Assembly: GCA_964352335.1 (NCBI GenBank)
Contig: CAYGRO010000004.1
Location: 42,970 to 106,969 of the forward strand
Reading direction: 5' to 3'
From: an uncultured Gammaproteobacteria bacterium
Lineage (GTDB): Bacteria > Patescibacteriota > Patescibacteriia > VMEV01 > CAYQCH01
Length of the DNA: 64,000 nucleotides
This document shows, piece after piece, positions 19,065 to 29,125 of the stretch. Made by a program: the position numbers and the translations under genes. How positions within the stretch are numbered: position 1 is the first letter of the stretch; each line of letters begins with the position of its first letter. The notes under the pieces are model-generated. The model saw nothing but the letters and a program-made list of their open reading frames with translations, did not search any database and had not been told where the DNA came from.

Positions 19065-20117
19065 ATGAAACGCTCAGAACTTTACTTCGATTTGCCACAA
19101 GAATTAATTGCTCAAGAACCTGCTATACCTCGGGATTCTTGTCGTTTGATGGTTTTAGACAGAAAACAACAATCAATAAGCAATGATCATTTTTACAACC
19201 TAGATAATTACCTTAAAAAAGGAGATGTGCTCGTTTTTAACCAATCTAAAGTATTGCCCGCACGATTGCACGGAAAGCTAGGCGAAAAGGAAAGAGAAGT
19301 ATTATTGCTTAAAGAAATCAAACAAGGGGAGTGGGAGGTTCTTATTGGTGGAAAAGTAAAATTGGGTGATAAAATTATATTTTCAAAAGAGCTTTCTTGT
19401 TCAATTGTAGAAAAAAAGGAAGGTATCTACCTAGTTCATTTTACGCAAATAGGTTTAGATTTTTTGCATACCATCGAAGCAATAGGGCAAGCTCCAACTC
19501 CACCTTATGTAAAAAAGATGCTAGAAGATAATAGTCTTTATCAAACGGTTTATGCCAAAGAGCTAGGTTCAGCAGCTGCCCCAACGGCTGGCCTCCATTT
19601 TACAAAAGAGCAATTAATCACACTCCAAGAACAAGGAGTGCAATTAGAATATGTGACACTACATGTTGGTTTAGGAACGTTTCAACCGATTAAGACAGAA
19701 GTAGTTGAAGACCATCCCATTCATAGTGAATTTTATAGCGTAGACCAAGAAACGATTCAGAGAATTAGAGAAGCAAAGGATCAGAGTCGACGCGTGATTG
19801 CTGTGGGGACAACATCCGTTCGAGTTCTCGAAACCATTTTCTCAAACAATCAACAAGCCACTAGCAACGAGCCACAAGCAATATCAGGAGAAACAAATAT
19901 CTTCATCTACCCAGGTTATGAATTTAAATGTGTAGATGCTTTAATCACAAATTTTCACACGCCGTATTCATCACTTCTTGCTCTTGTATTTGCGCTTGCC
20001 CAATCGGCAGGCTCAGGGCCTTCGGCAGGAAAGGAATTTATTTTAAAAGCGTATAAACAAGCAGTAGAAGAACAGTATCGTTTTTTCAGTTTTGGAGACG
20101 CAATGTTTATTCAATAA
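19065..20117 (+). CDS. queA: S-adenosylmethionine:tRNA ribosyltransferase-isomerase
   Basis: YQTVYA, AAPTAGLHF, TLHVGLGTF, LITNFH, YRFFSFGDAM. Confidence 0.97.
   Translation: MKRSELYFDLPQELIAQEPAIPRDSCRLMVLDRKQQSISNDHFYNLDNYLKKGDVLVFNQSKVLPARLHGKLGEKEREVLLLKEIKQGEWEVLIGGKVKLGDKIIFSKELSCSIVEKKEGIYLVHFTQIGLDFLHTIEAIGQAPTPPYVKKMLEDNSLYQTVYAKELGSAAAPTAGLHFTKEQLITLQEQGVQLEYVTLHVGLGTFQPIKTEVVEDHPIHSEFYSVDQETIQRIREAKDQSRRVIAVGTTSVRVLETIFSNNQQATSNEPQAISGETNIFIYPGYEFKCVDALITNFHTPYSSLLALVFALAQSAGSGPSAGKEFILKAYKQAVEEQYRFFSFGDAMFIQ
19847..19881. repeat. Five heptamer units inside queA
   Basis: caatcaa caagcca ctagcaa cgagcca caagcaa; same unit type as right arm of 33680-33742. Confidence 0.65.
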
Positions 20118-20120
20118 ACT

Positions 20121-20774
20121 ATGAAAAAAATAGTTCGTTTTGTTTTAAAAATTTGCTTAGTCGGTATTATATTCTTTTTTCTTGTAAATTTTTCTATTCT
20201 CTTTTCAACAAAGGATTCTCTTTACCAGGTGTCTGAAGTGACCGATCAAAAACAAGTTGGTCTTATCTTGGGCGCTCGAGTTTATCGATCAGGTAGCCTG
20301 AGCCCTATTTTGAAAGATAGGGTCGACACAGCAATTGAATTATACAAACTGAATAAAATTGAGCGTATTCTCGTCAGTGGAGACAATGGTCAAGAAAATT
20401 ATGATGAAGTAAATGCGATTAAAGATTACCTTTTGTCTCAGGGTGTTTTGCCTGAAGCTATTTTTCTAGACCATGCAGGTTTTGATACCTATGACAGCAT
20501 GGTTCGAGCTAAACAAATTTTTGAAGTTGAATCAGCGTATATTATTAGTCAAGCTTTTCATTTACCTCGAGCTGTTTATTTAGCTCGTGCCCAAGATATT
20601 GATGCTCATGGTGTTATTGCTGATAAACAAAAATATAGGGGAGAGCAATATAACCAGTTGAGAGAATGGTTAGCTCGGTTTAAATCATTTTTTGAGCAGT
20701 TTTTAGGTATTAACCCTACTTTTCTAGGTGACAAGATCCCTATTACAGGAGATAGTCGGGAGAGTTGGGATTAG
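20121..20774 (+). CDS. SanA/YdcF family protein
   Basis: LILGA, ILVSGDN, LDHAGFDTYDSM, SQAFHLPRA. Confidence 0.9.
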   Translation: MKKIVRFVLKICLVGIIFFFLVNFSILFSTKDSLYQVSEVTDQKQVGLILGARVYRSGSLSPILKDRVDTAIELYKLNKIERILVSGDNGQENYDEVNAIKDYLLSQGVLPEAIFLDHAGFDTYDSMVRAKQIFEVESAYIISQAFHLPRAVYLARAQDIDAHGVIADKQKYRGEQYNQLREWLARFKSFFEQFLGINPTFLGDKIPITGDSRESWD

Positions 20775-20821
20775 TTTTTTGCTAATATTAGATGAATATT
20801 TTTATATCACACCAGAAGCTA

Positions 20822-20850
20822 TTGACAAAAAAGTAATAATATGGTATTGT
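20822..20850 (+). promoter_or_regulatory. Sigma70 promoter
   Basis: TTGACA-17 nt-TATTGT with TG extension. Confidence 0.7.
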
Positions 20851-20942
20851 TATTTTTGTTGATGAGAGATTTCTGAGATCGTAAGCCTCGATTTAAGAAA
20901 TCTCTCTTCAACAGCTGGTCAAACCAGCAGAAAGGAGTTGCC

Positions 20943-21401
20943 ATGCGCAACTTCATCATCCTCTCGATCTTCGTCTTCCTCACCGTCTTCACCGGCTGCG
21001 CCGCGACCCCGTTCGCAGAGCTCTCGCCCAGCGAGAAGCTGGAAATGGTCTACGGGAACTCGGGCGTCTCGTACCAGATGAAGGGGAGCGTCGTCACCCT
21101 CGCGCAGAACACCAACACGCTCGAGGTCATCAACAACCGCTTCGACTCCAACCCCGTGATCACGTTCTCCTGCGAGAGCGTGGGCGAGGAGCGGGTCAAC
21201 TCCAAGCTGGTGGGCGGGATCGTCGGTGGCGGCATCTACCACCACAAGGTGGAGATCCCCAAGCGCTTCTACAATAAGGAGGGGGTCATCTTGAGGATCG
21301 CCACTCCCATCTCGACCACCGAGAACAACGACGGCAGCTCGACCACGACTGAGTCGGTCGAGATCTTCGACCTGAAGGGAGCGCTCCTCAACCGGGAGTA
21401 G
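20943..21401 (+). CDS. Putative lipoprotein (very GC-rich orphan)
   Basis: SD aaaggag; signal peptide ending FTG-C; third codon positions almost all C/G. Confidence 0.75.
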   Translation: MRNFIILSIFVFLTVFTGCAATPFAELSPSEKLEMVYGNSGVSYQMKGSVVTLAQNTNTLEVINNRFDSNPVITFSCESVGEERVNSKLVGGIVGGGIYHHKVEIPKRFYNKEGVILRIATPISTTENNDGSSTTTESVEIFDLKGALLNRE

Positions 21402-21408
21402 CTCCTAA

Positions 21409-21478
21409 CAACCCTCACCGAGGGCGAAAAAACTCTTGCCTAGCAAGAAGACTTTCGTCGCTGGGTGAGGGTTTTTTC
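21409..21478 (+). terminator. Long terminator hairpin
   Basis: aaccctcacc...ggtgagggtt then T run. Confidence 0.7.
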
Positions 21479-21511
21479 GTATAAGAAAAAACGCGCCGAA
21501 GCGCATTTTTT

Positions 21512-21664
21512 TTATTCTTCATTCTTTTTTTCCATCTGTTCATGTTGTCCATCTGTGCAATTGCATTCATGAAGTGGCTTTCCATGGTCTTTACAATCCA
21601 TGGCTTGGCATGTCCCAGGTGTTTCACTTACACCTTGGCATCCGCCTGTACAAATATAGTGCAT
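21512..21664 (-). CDS. 50-aa Cys/His-rich putative metal-binding protein (not in ORF track)
   Basis: MHYICTGGCQGVSETPGTCQAMDCKDHGKPLHECNCTDGQHEQMEKKNEE; hairpin with T run follows at 21486-21511. Confidence 0.75.
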   Translation of the reverse strand: MHYICTGGCQGVSETPGTCQAMDCKDHGKPLHECNCTDGQHEQMEKKNEE

Positions 21665-21705
21665 CTATTTTTGTTTAATAATGATAATTGTAGTGTATCA
21701 CAATA

Positions 21706-21870
21706 CCCCCACCAGACCACCTCCTTTGCCCTAGGGTCTTGAGCTCTGGGTCGAAAGACAAGGGGAGGGAATAAAGTTAATCAACATTTTCCCTCCTCAC
21801 CCGGCTAAGCTTGCCCGCCTTTGGAGGAGGGAGGAGCCTGCCTGTCGGCAGACAGGGTCTGGTGGAGGGG
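21706..21870. repeat. GC-rich palindromic element with nested smaller palindromes
   Basis: ccaccagacc / ggtctggtgg ends; contains cctgcctgtcggcagacagg (21837-21856). Confidence 0.75.
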
Positions 21871-21901
21871 CGAAAAACAAAAAAGCCCTTTTCAGGACTT
21901 A

Positions 21902-21935
21902 TTTTGCAGTTTTGTAAATTTACAAGTTTGCAGTT
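21902..21935. repeat. 8-mer tract after rpmB stop (single arm)
   Basis: ttttgcag ttttgtaa atttacaa gtttgcag. Confidence 0.5.
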
Positions 21936-21936
21936 T

Positions 21937-22149
21937 TTAAGCTTGCGCTTCTGGATTCATCTTTGCAACTTCTTTTTTCAAAGTTCGAAGACATCTAGTA
22001 CAAACTTTCATCTTTCCGCCTCCATATCGTAAAGTTTGAAGGTTAGGGTATTTTCGATGTTTGGTTGTAGGGTTCCAGTTACCACGGAGGAGTTTTCGAG
22101 GAGTGATAATCATCGATCCTTTTCCGCATGCATCACAGATTCGAGACAT
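21937..22149 (-). CDS. rpmB: 50S ribosomal protein L28
   Basis: [11 protein letters not shown]...PNLQ...KVCTRCLRT; ATG 22149. Confidence 0.95.
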   Translation of the reverse strand: MSRICDACGKGSMIITPRKLLRGNWNPTTKHRKYPNLQTLRYGGGKMKVCTRCLRTLKKEVAKMNPEAQA

Positions 22150-22294
22150 AATGGTTGAATAGAGCGACAAAAACGCCGCAACTGATAGTTATCGTTAGTT
22201 CGGACAATTTAACAGAGAATCCCTATTAGTGTCAAGTTTTCCCCCAAAGAATAGTCGTTTGAACGCTTTTTGTGGTAGGATAGTAATTAATAAT

Positions 22295-22363
22295 TAGGCA
22301 GTAGCAAGTAGGAGAGTAGCAAGCTCTTACATATGCTACTTTCCTACCATCCTACTAGCTAAC
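22295..22363. repeat. Inverted 7/8-mer repeat hairpin (gtag/ctac)
   Basis: gtagcaa gtaggag a gtagcaa ... gctact tcctacc tcctact gctaac; ends just before ATG 22367. Confidence 0.7.
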
Positions 22364-22366
22364 CCA

Positions 22367-23011
22367 ATGATCATGCTCTCACTTCTTCTAGAATCCCCAA
22401 TCTATCTTCTCCCGGTATTAGCGTCTATCATTATCGCTTTTACTTTTCATGAATTTTCACATGCTTTTGCTGCAGAATTATTAGGGGATACTACTGCCAA
22501 GCGTCTAGGGCGACTTACCTTAAATCCAATGGCTCATGTTGATTGGTTCGGTTTTTTTCTTTTAATAATTGCTGGATTTGGTTGGGGAAAACCAGTCCCT
22601 TTTAATGCGAATAATCTTAAAAATCCAAGATGGGGAAGTGCCATTATTGGTTTAGCAGGCCCTTTTTCTAACCTGTTACTCGCATTAGTTGTTCTTGGTG
22701 TACTTTGGTTATTGCCTATTATTGGTATTGCTTTACCTACAAATTCACTTTTGGCTATCTTTTTAGCCTTTCTCTTTCAATTCAACCTTATTTTAATGAT
22801 TTTTAACTTAATTCCTATCCCACCATTAGATGGATCAAAGCTGCTTTTTGCAATAATCCCAGATAAATATAGTGATTTTAAACATCGATTAGCTATTCAA
22901 GGTCCTATTATTCTCATCACTTTGGTGATCATCGATAGTGTTTTACCTATTTCTATCTTTGGATCACTATTTTCTTTTATCTTTGCAGTGATTAATAAAT
23001 TTGTTGGTTAA
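22367..23011 (+). CDS. Site-2 protease family (M50) membrane metalloprotease
   Basis: HEFSH, LAGPFSN, NLIPIPPLDG. Confidence 0.93.
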   Translation: MIMLSLLLESPIYLLPVLASIIIAFTFHEFSHAFAAELLGDTTAKRLGRLTLNPMAHVDWFGFFLLIIAGFGWGKPVPFNANNLKNPRWGSAIIGLAGPFSNLLLALVVLGVLWLLPIIGIALPTNSLLAIFLAFLFQFNLILMIFNLIPIPPLDGSKLLFAIIPDKYSDFKHRLAIQGPIILITLVIIDSVLPISIFGSLFSFIFAVINKFVG

Positions 23012-23019
23012 TTGATTAG

Positions 23020-23048
23020 TTGACGAATTGTCTTTATTAAGGCATACT
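23020..23048 (+). promoter_or_regulatory. Sigma70 promoter for str operon
   Basis: TTGACG-17 nt-CATACT. Confidence 0.6.
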
Positions 23049-23290
23049 GTCGTTAATAACAACTTAGCTTTTTCTAAAGTACTTAGAAACGAGCCCATTA
23101 TTTTGGGTCTCATTTTAAGGAAAGAAGGTCAAATTGGCTGGAAATAGAGATACGGGTTGTTAGAGAAAATCACTTATAAAATAGCCTAGTCGGGGCTAAT
23201 TTTGTTTTTTATAAACAGGTAAGACCTCTTTTGTGTTCTGTCTTCGATATTGTTTATTGGCGACAAAACACAAAAGAATCATAATAAGCA

Positions 23291-23352
23291 ACAACTGACA
23301 ACTAACAACGAACAATTGACAGAAATGTCAGTGGTCAGTCGTCAATTGTAAT
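23291..23352. repeat. Inverted heptamer repeat hairpin before rpsL
   Basis: acaactg acaacta acaacga acaattg ... tgtcagt ggtcagt cgtcaat tgtaat. Confidence 0.8.
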
Positions 23353-23358
23353 TAAAGT

Positions 23359-23781
23359 ATGCCAACAATTAGTCAACTTGTGCGAAAACCTCGCAATAGC
23401 AAGAAGAAAAAGTCTAAAATGCCTGCATTGCAAGTAACTTTAGACTCATTGCATAGACGTAAACACACAGTGAAAAAGGGGAGTCCTTTCAAACGTGGTG
23501 TGTGTACAAAAGTAACAACAGTTACACCTAAAAAACCTAACTCAGCTTTACGGAAAATTGCTCGTGTTCGTCTCTCAAATGGGATGGAAGTTACAGCATA
23601 TATTCCAGGTGAAGGTCACAATTTACAAGAACATTCAATCGTATTATTACGAGGTGGTCGTGTAAAAGATCTTGCCGGTGTGCGATATCATGTAGTGCGC
23701 GGTGTCTACGATACACAAGGTATCGATGGTCGAAAACAACGCCGATCAGTTTACGGAACAAGAAAACCGAAAGAATCATAA
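23359..23781 (+). CDS. rpsL: 30S ribosomal protein S12
   Basis: [20 protein letters not shown]. Confidence 0.99.
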   Translation: MPTISQLVRKPRNSKKKKSKMPALQVTLDSLHRRKHTVKKGSPFKRGVCTKVTTVTPKKPNSALRKIARVRLSNGMEVTAYIPGEGHNLQEHSIVLLRGGRVKDLAGVRYHVVRGVYDTQGIDGRKQRRSVYGTRKPKES

Positions 23782-23851
23782 GTAAAATTGTAAAGACGTA
23801 AAAACTGTAAAACCGTAAAGCTTTACGCATTTACAAATTTACGTTTTACGC
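23782..23851. repeat. Inverted octamer repeat hairpin (gtaaa/tttac), rpsL-rpsG
   Basis: gtaaaatt gtaaagac gtaaaaact gtaaaacc gtaaagc tttacgca tttacaaa tttacgt tttacgc. Confidence 0.85.
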
Positions 23852-23862
23852 TTCTAAAAAAT

Positions 23863-24330
23863 ATGCGTGGAAAAAAAGCTCCAAAACGTCCAGTAACACC
23901 AGAACCAAAATATGGAAATGTTCAACTGGCAAAATTTATCAATTACGTCATGAAAAGCGGGAAAAAAACAGTAGCACAAAAAATTGTCTACGGTGCTTTT
24001 GATGTTATTGAACAAAAGACAAAAAAGAACCCATTAGAAGTTTTTGAATTAGCGATCAAAAATGTTGGCCCAAACCTAGAGGTAAAGGGGCGACGTGTTG
24101 GTGGTGCTAATTACCAAGTTCCAATTCAAGTAAAAGCTGATCGTCGTTTTATTTTAGCGTCTCGATGGATTATCGAAGCGGCAAATACGAAAAAAGGACG
24201 ACCAATGGCAGAAAAACTTGCTCAAGAATTATTAGATGCATCTAATAAAGAAGGTGGTGCGATGAAAAAACGTGAAAACGTTCAAAAAATGGCAGAAGCT
24301 AATCGTGCTTTCGCTCATTTTGCTCGATAA
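23863..24330 (+). CDS. rpsG: 30S ribosomal protein S7
   Basis: [22 protein letters not shown]. Confidence 0.99.
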   Translation: MRGKKAPKRPVTPEPKYGNVQLAKFINYVMKSGKKTVAQKIVYGAFDVIEQKTKKNPLEVFELAIKNVGPNLEVKGRRVGGANYQVPIQVKADRRFILASRWIIEAANTKKGRPMAEKLAQELLDASNKEGGAMKKRENVQKMAEANRAFAHFAR

Positions 24331-24350
24331 TCTAATTAAACAAACAAATA

Positions 24351-24412
24351 ATTTATCTATTTGTGACATAAGTTTTGGTTGTCTATTGTGAGATGTCACA
24401 GGTCAAATGTAA
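24351..24412. repeat. Degenerate inverted heptamer hairpin before fusA
   Basis: tgtgacat ... tgtctat tgtgaga tgtcaca ggtcaaa tgtaa. Confidence 0.6.
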
Positions 24413-24416
24413 TTTT

Positions 24417-26540
24417 ATGGCAAGAAAAATCCCTTTAGAAGATGTGCGTAATATCGGAATTATCGCGCATATCGATGCTGGTAAAACAACAACAACAGAA
24501 CGTATTTTGTTCTATACAGGAAAAAACTATAAAATTGGTGAAGTTCACGAAGGTGAAGCAACCATGGATTGGATGGAACAAGAACAAGAACGTGGTATTA
24601 CCATTACAGCTGCGGCAACAACTGCTGCATGGAAAGATCATCAAATCAATATTATTGATACTCCAGGTCACGTAGATTTTACTGTAGAAGTAGAACGATC
24701 ATTACGTGTACTAGACGGTGGTGTTGTGGTATTTGATGGAGTAGCTGGAGTAGAGCCACAATCAGAAACAGTTTGGCGACAAGCTGATAAATATGAAGTG
24801 CCTCGTATTTGTTTTATCAATAAATTAGATCGAACTGGTGCTGATTTTTATTTCGATTTAGGTACTATTCATCAACGATTAACAACAAAAGCACATCCAA
24901 TTCAATTACCAATTGGTGCAGAAGAAGCTTTTGCAGGTGTGATTGATTTAATTAAAATGAAGGCCTATATCTACCAAGATGATTTAGGTGAAAAAATTGA
25001 TGAAGTTGAAATTCCTGCTGACTTAAAAGAAAAAGCTGATCAATACAGACAACAATTACTAGAAGCTATTGTTGAAACAGATGAAGCTTTAATGAATAAA
25101 TTTTTCGAAGGGACAGAATTAACAGAAGAAGAAATCAAAGCTGCTTTACGTAAAGCTACTATTGCTGGAGATGTTGTTCCTGTGCTTTGTGGGACAGCTT
25201 TGAAAAACAAAGGTGTACAAAAATTATTGGATGCTGTTGTTGATTACTTACCTTCTCCATTAGATGTTCCTCCAGTAGAAGGGGTAAATCCAGATAATGA
25301 AGAAGAAGTAATCAAACGAAAAACAGAAGATACTGAGCCATTAACTGCATTAGCATTTAAAGTTGCGGCAGATCCTTTTGTAGGAAAACTTTGTTTCGTG
25401 CGTGTTTATGCGGGTACTTTAAAATCAGGATCTTACATTTTAAATGTAAATACTGGTAAAAAAGAACGTGTAGGGCGTCTCGTTCGTTTACATGCAAATT
25501 CTCGGGAAGAAGTAGATGAAATTCCAGCAGGGGATATTGCTGCTGTTGTTGGATTAAAAGATACTATCACTGGGCATACAATTTGTGACCCAGATCACCC
25601 AATCATGTTAGAAGATATCACTTTCCCAGAACCAGTAATTCAATTGGCTATTGAGCCAAAATCTAAAGCAGATCAAGAAAAACTTGGTGTTGCTTTACAA
25701 AAACTTTCTGAAGAAGATCCTACTTTCCGTGTTCATTCTGATGAAGAAACTGGACAAACAATTATTGCGGGAATGGGAGAACTTCATTTAGACATTATTG
25801 TGGATCGAATGAAACGCGAATTCAATGTAGAAGCGAATATTGGTAAACCTCAAGTATCTTACCGAGAAACAATTCTTGGAAATGCAGAAGCTGAAGGTAA
25901 ATTCGTTAAACAATCAGGTGGTCGTGGTCAATACGGTCATTGTTGGTTACGAGTGAAACCAATTGATGCTGCTGAGCTAACAGAAGAGCAAAAAGAAGCT
26001 AAGCCAGATTTACTCTTCCATGATGAAATTAAAGGTGGTGTTATTCCAAAAGAATTCATCAACCCAATTGAAAAAGGTGTTAAAGAAGCCCTTTCTCGTG
26101 GTGTGGTAGCTGGTTACCCCTTAGTAAATGTTGATGTTACTGTTTATGACGGTTCATACCATGATGTCGACTCTAGTGAAATCGCCTTCAAAATGGCTGG
26201 TTCGATGGCTTTTGTGGCTGCTGCTAAAAAAGCGCAACCAGTATTGCTAGAACCAATGATGGCATTAGAAATCACAACCCCAGAAGAATTTATGGGAGAT
26301 GTGATTGGTGACCTTAGTTCACGTCGTGGACAAGTTGAAGAAATGTTAGATCGTCATGGGGCAAAAGTTGTTATCGGTAAGGCTCCATTAGCAGAAATGT
26401 TTGGTTACGCAACTGACTTGCGTTCTTTAACACAAGGACGTGCAGGATATAGCATGACATTTGCAGACTACGCTGAAGTTCCAAACAATGTAAAAGAAAA
26501 AATTGTTGGACAACGTACTGGTACTGAACCTACCGAGTAA
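24417..26540 (+). CDS. fusA: Elongation factor G
   Basis: [22 protein letters not shown]; ATG 24417 (MARKIP). Confidence 0.99.
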   Translation: MARKIPLEDVRNIGIIAHIDAGKTTTTERILFYTGKNYKIGEVHEGEATMDWMEQEQERGITITAAATTAAWKDHQINIIDTPGHVDFTVEVERSLRVLDGGVVVFDGVAGVEPQSETVWRQADKYEVPRICFINKLDRTGADFYFDLGTIHQRLTTKAHPIQLPIGAEEAFAGVIDLIKMKAYIYQDDLGEKIDEVEIPADLKEKADQYRQQLLEAIVETDEALMNKFFEGTELTEEEIKAALRKATIAGDVVPVLCGTALKNKGVQKLLDAVVDYLPSPLDVPPVEGVNPDNEEEVIKRKTEDTEPLTALAFKVAADPFVGKLCFVRVYAGTLKSGSYILNVNTGKKERVGRLVRLHANSREEVDEIPAGDIAAVVGLKDTITGHTICDPDHPIMLEDITFPEPVIQLAIEPKSKADQEKLGVALQKLSEEDPTFRVHSDEETGQTIIAGMGELHLDIIVDRMKREFNVEANIGKPQVSYRETILGNAEAEGKFVKQSGGRGQYGHCWLRVKPIDAAELTEEQKEAKPDLLFHDEIKGGVIPKEFINPIEKGVKEALSRGVVAGYPLVNVDVTVYDGSYHDVDSSEIAFKMAGSMAFVAAAKKAQPVLLEPMMALEITTPEEFMGDVIGDLSSRRGQVEEMLDRHGAKVVIGKAPLAEMFGYATDLRSLTQGRAGYSMTFADYAEVPNNVKEKIVGQRTGTEPTE

Positions 26541-26561
26541 GTTAAGTTCAAAAAAACTTTT

Positions 26562-26592
26562 AAATAGCTCCCAATTTGGGGGCTATTTTTTT
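26562..26592 (+). terminator. Intrinsic terminator after fusA
   Basis: aaatagctccc / ggggctattt stem then T run. Confidence 0.8.
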
Positions 26593-26639
26593 AACTGAAC
26601 CAAAAGAGAAATTGACAAACAAAATAACGATAATGAGTA

Positions 26640-26668
26640 TTGACATTCTTTGCATTGATGACTAAGAT
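26640..26668 (+). promoter_or_regulatory. Sigma70 promoter
   Basis: TTGACA-17 nt-TAAGAT. Confidence 0.7.
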
Positions 26669-26699
26669 CAGAACACTTTCTTATTGATGCTTTTCGTTT

Positions 26700-27095
26700 A
26701 TGCATTCACAATTTCAAAGACTGTTTCATTTGATTAAGAAAACAGGTGATAATATTATCTTATTAGACCCTGACTCAAATGATCCCTATATTTTGATGAA
26801 CTTAAATGCATACGAAGAGTTACTAGAAAGCTATTCAAATACGAATGCAGGAGAAAGAGTACTTCAGTCAAATCAAGACTCAATCAGACCAGTGAGAAGA
26901 CCACAAATAAAAAAGGTCTCTCAAACTGATGTAGATGAGTCAGAAGTGCTACCTGGTATCGATACAGAAGTTGTTGATCTCAGTGTAGAAGAAAAGGAGT
27001 CTGAACCAGAACAAGGAGAAAAGTACTATTTTGAAGAAGTAGAAGAAACAGAAACAGAAGGAGAAAAAGACGAAAAAGAAAAAGGGGATAACTAA
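26700..27095 (+). CDS. Hypothetical protein, Phd/YefM-like N-terminus and acidic tail
   Basis: LIKKTGDNIILLD...PYILMNLNAYEEL; Glu-rich C-terminus. Confidence 0.7.
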   Translation: MHSQFQRLFHLIKKTGDNIILLDPDSNDPYILMNLNAYEELLESYSNTNAGERVLQSNQDSIRPVRRPQIKKVSQTDVDESEVLPGIDTEVVDLSVEEKESEPEQGEKYYFEEVEETETEGEKDEKEKGDN

Positions 27096-27165
27096 AGTAT
27101 TTTGCTAAAATTAGCAAAATAAACGATCTTTCCACAGCTTACAGAAATAAAAGATAGAGAAAAAC

Positions 27166-27193
27166 TTGCATTTTTGAGATTCTCTGTTATAAT
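27166..27193 (+). promoter_or_regulatory. Sigma70 promoter for tuf
   Basis: TTGCAT-16 nt-TATAAT with TG extension. Confidence 0.7.
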
Positions 27194-27294
27194 TTCAACA
27201 ATATTTCTCAAACTTTTGAGGTTTTTTTAATAGCCCCAGAAACGGGGTTTTTACATCTAAAAAAAACTCATCTAAAAAAATAATTAATAAAACT

Positions 27295-28479
27295 ATGGCA
27301 GAGCAATTTGATCGATCAAAACCACATGTCAACATTGGTACAATTGGACACGTTGACCATGGGAAAACAACTCTTACTGCGGCAATTACAACTGTACTTG
27401 CTGAAAAAGGATTTGCAAAAAAACGAAGTTACGCTGATATCGATAACGCTCCTGAAGAAAAGGAACGTGGTATCACAATTGCGACATCTCACCAAGAGTA
27501 TGAAACAGAAAACCGTCACTACGCTCACGTAGATTGTCCAGGACATGCTGATTATGTTAAAAACATGATTACAGGTGCTGCACAAATGGATGGTGGTATT
27601 TTGGTTGTATCTGCTACAGACGGGGTAATGCCTCAAACATCAGAACATATTCTTTTAGCTAAACAAGTAGGAGTTCCTGCTATCGTTGTTTTCATCAATA
27701 AAGTAGATATGGTTGATGATGCTGATTACGTAGATTTAGTAGAAGAAGAAGTTCGTGATCTTTTAAAGAAATACGATTTCCCTGGTGATGAAATCCCAGT
27801 AGTTCGTGGTTCTGCGCTTAAAGCTTTAGAAAATCCAGCTGGAGACGAAGCTAAGCCAATTTTAGAACTCATGAAAGCTATTGATGAATACATCCCAACA
27901 CCAGAACGTGATACTGACAAATCATACCTTATGCCAATTGAAGATGTTTTCTCAATTGAAGGTCGTGGAACTGTAGTTACTGGTCGTATCGAACGTGGAA
28001 TCCTTAAACTAAATGACGAAATTGAAATCGTTGGTTTAAGAGAAACACAAAAAACTGTTGTTACAGGTATTGAAATGTTTAACAAGAATTTAGACGAAGG
28101 ACGAGCTGGTGATAATGCTGGAATCCTTTTACGTGGTCTTAAAAAAGAAGACGTAGAACGTGGACAAGTTCTTGCTGCTCCTGGAACAGTGACTCCTCAT
28201 ACTGAATTTGAAGCTGAATTCTTAGCTTTAACAAAAGAAGAAGGTGGACGTCACAAACCATTTTTTAATGGATATAAACCACAATTCTACTTACGTACAA
28301 CAGATGTAACAGGTGAAGTAACACTACCAGAAGGTACAGAAATGGTTATGCCTGGTGATACAGTTAATGCAAAAGTTAAACTTATTGTTCCTGTTGCTCT
28401 TGAAGAACAACAACGATTTGCTATCCGTGAAGGTGGGCGAACTGTTGGAGCTGGAGTTATTACTAAGATTATCAACTAA
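27295..28479 (+). CDS. tuf: Elongation factor Tu
   Basis: [31 protein letters not shown]. Confidence 0.99.
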   Translation: MAEQFDRSKPHVNIGTIGHVDHGKTTLTAAITTVLAEKGFAKKRSYADIDNAPEEKERGITIATSHQEYETENRHYAHVDCPGHADYVKNMITGAAQMDGGILVVSATDGVMPQTSEHILLAKQVGVPAIVVFINKVDMVDDADYVDLVEEEVRDLLKKYDFPGDEIPVVRGSALKALENPAGDEAKPILELMKAIDEYIPTPERDTDKSYLMPIEDVFSIEGRGTVVTGRIERGILKLNDEIEIVGLRETQKTVVTGIEMFNKNLDEGRAGDNAGILLRGLKKEDVERGQVLAAPGTVTPHTEFEAEFLALTKEEGGRHKPFFNGYKPQFYLRTTDVTGEVTLPEGTEMVMPGDTVNAKVKLIVPVALEEQQRFAIREGGRTVGAGVITKIIN

Positions 28480-28524
28480 GGCTTTGGGCCACTCATTTTT
28501 TGAGTGGCCTTCCTTATTGCAAAC

Positions 28525-28857
28525 ATGGCTACGAAGCAAACAACTGAAGAAACGAAAGCAAGAATCCGAATTAAGATTCTGGCCTTTGATCATAAAATCA
28601 TTGACCAATCTACTCGGACGATTATCGAAACTGCTGAACGATCTGGGGCTTCTGTCGTTGGACCGGTACCACTTCCTACTCAAATTAAGAAGTTTACTAC
28701 CAATTCATCTACATTCGTTCATAAAGACGCTCGTGATCAATACGAAATGCGTATTCACAAACGGCTTGTAGATATTCTTGAACCAACTCCTAAAACAGTT
28801 GATTCACTCATGTCTCTAAATCTCCCAGCTGGTGTAGATGTAGAGATCAAAATGTAA
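28525..28857 (+). CDS. rpsJ: 30S ribosomal protein S10
   Basis: [25 protein letters not shown]; ATG 28525. Confidence 0.98.
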   Translation: MATKQTTEETKARIRIKILAFDHKIIDQSTRTIIETAERSGASVVGPVPLPTQIKKFTTNSSTFVHKDARDQYEMRIHKRLVDILEPTPKTVDSLMSLNLPAGVDVEIKM

Positions 28858-28869
28858 ATAAAATAACTG

Positions 28870-29106
28870 CTGATTGCTGCTGATATCGCTTCATAATTGT
28901 GAGTCGATATAAGCAGCAATCAATTCTCGGTATTCACACTCAAGAAAGATTCTTAGCAAAGTGCTAAGAAAAACCTTGACTGGGAGTTTACAGAGATGAA
29001 AGGTAAAGGACTATTGATTAAAGTGCTTACAACAACTTTTTCACTCAAATATGTGAAAAGGTCAGAAATAAAGCGATGTATGACACCGTTTTGTTTCTGG
29101 CTTTTT
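28870..29106 (+). promoter_or_regulatory. Structured spacer between rpsJ and rplC, ending in terminator-like hairpin
   Basis: Four hairpins incl. tgattgctgct/agcagcaatca and ggtcagaaataaagcg/cgttttgtttctggct+tttt. Confidence 0.5.
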
Positions 29107-29125
29107 GCTTACTCAGAACACAATT

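Noticed and set aside
20919-21245. Minus-strand ORFs over GC-rich orphans (also 57867-58289)
   Set aside because: Expected shadows of high-GC3 genes; SD and terminators support the + strand.
21811-22032. 73-aa ORF with LPVGRQG
   Set aside because: Translation of a palindromic repeat, antisense to rpmB.
24375-24416. Longer starts for fusA (also recQ, msrA, uppS, rpmB, rpsJ, rplC)
   Set aside because: Extensions lie in repeats, hairpins or spacers; downstream ATGs match family N-termini.
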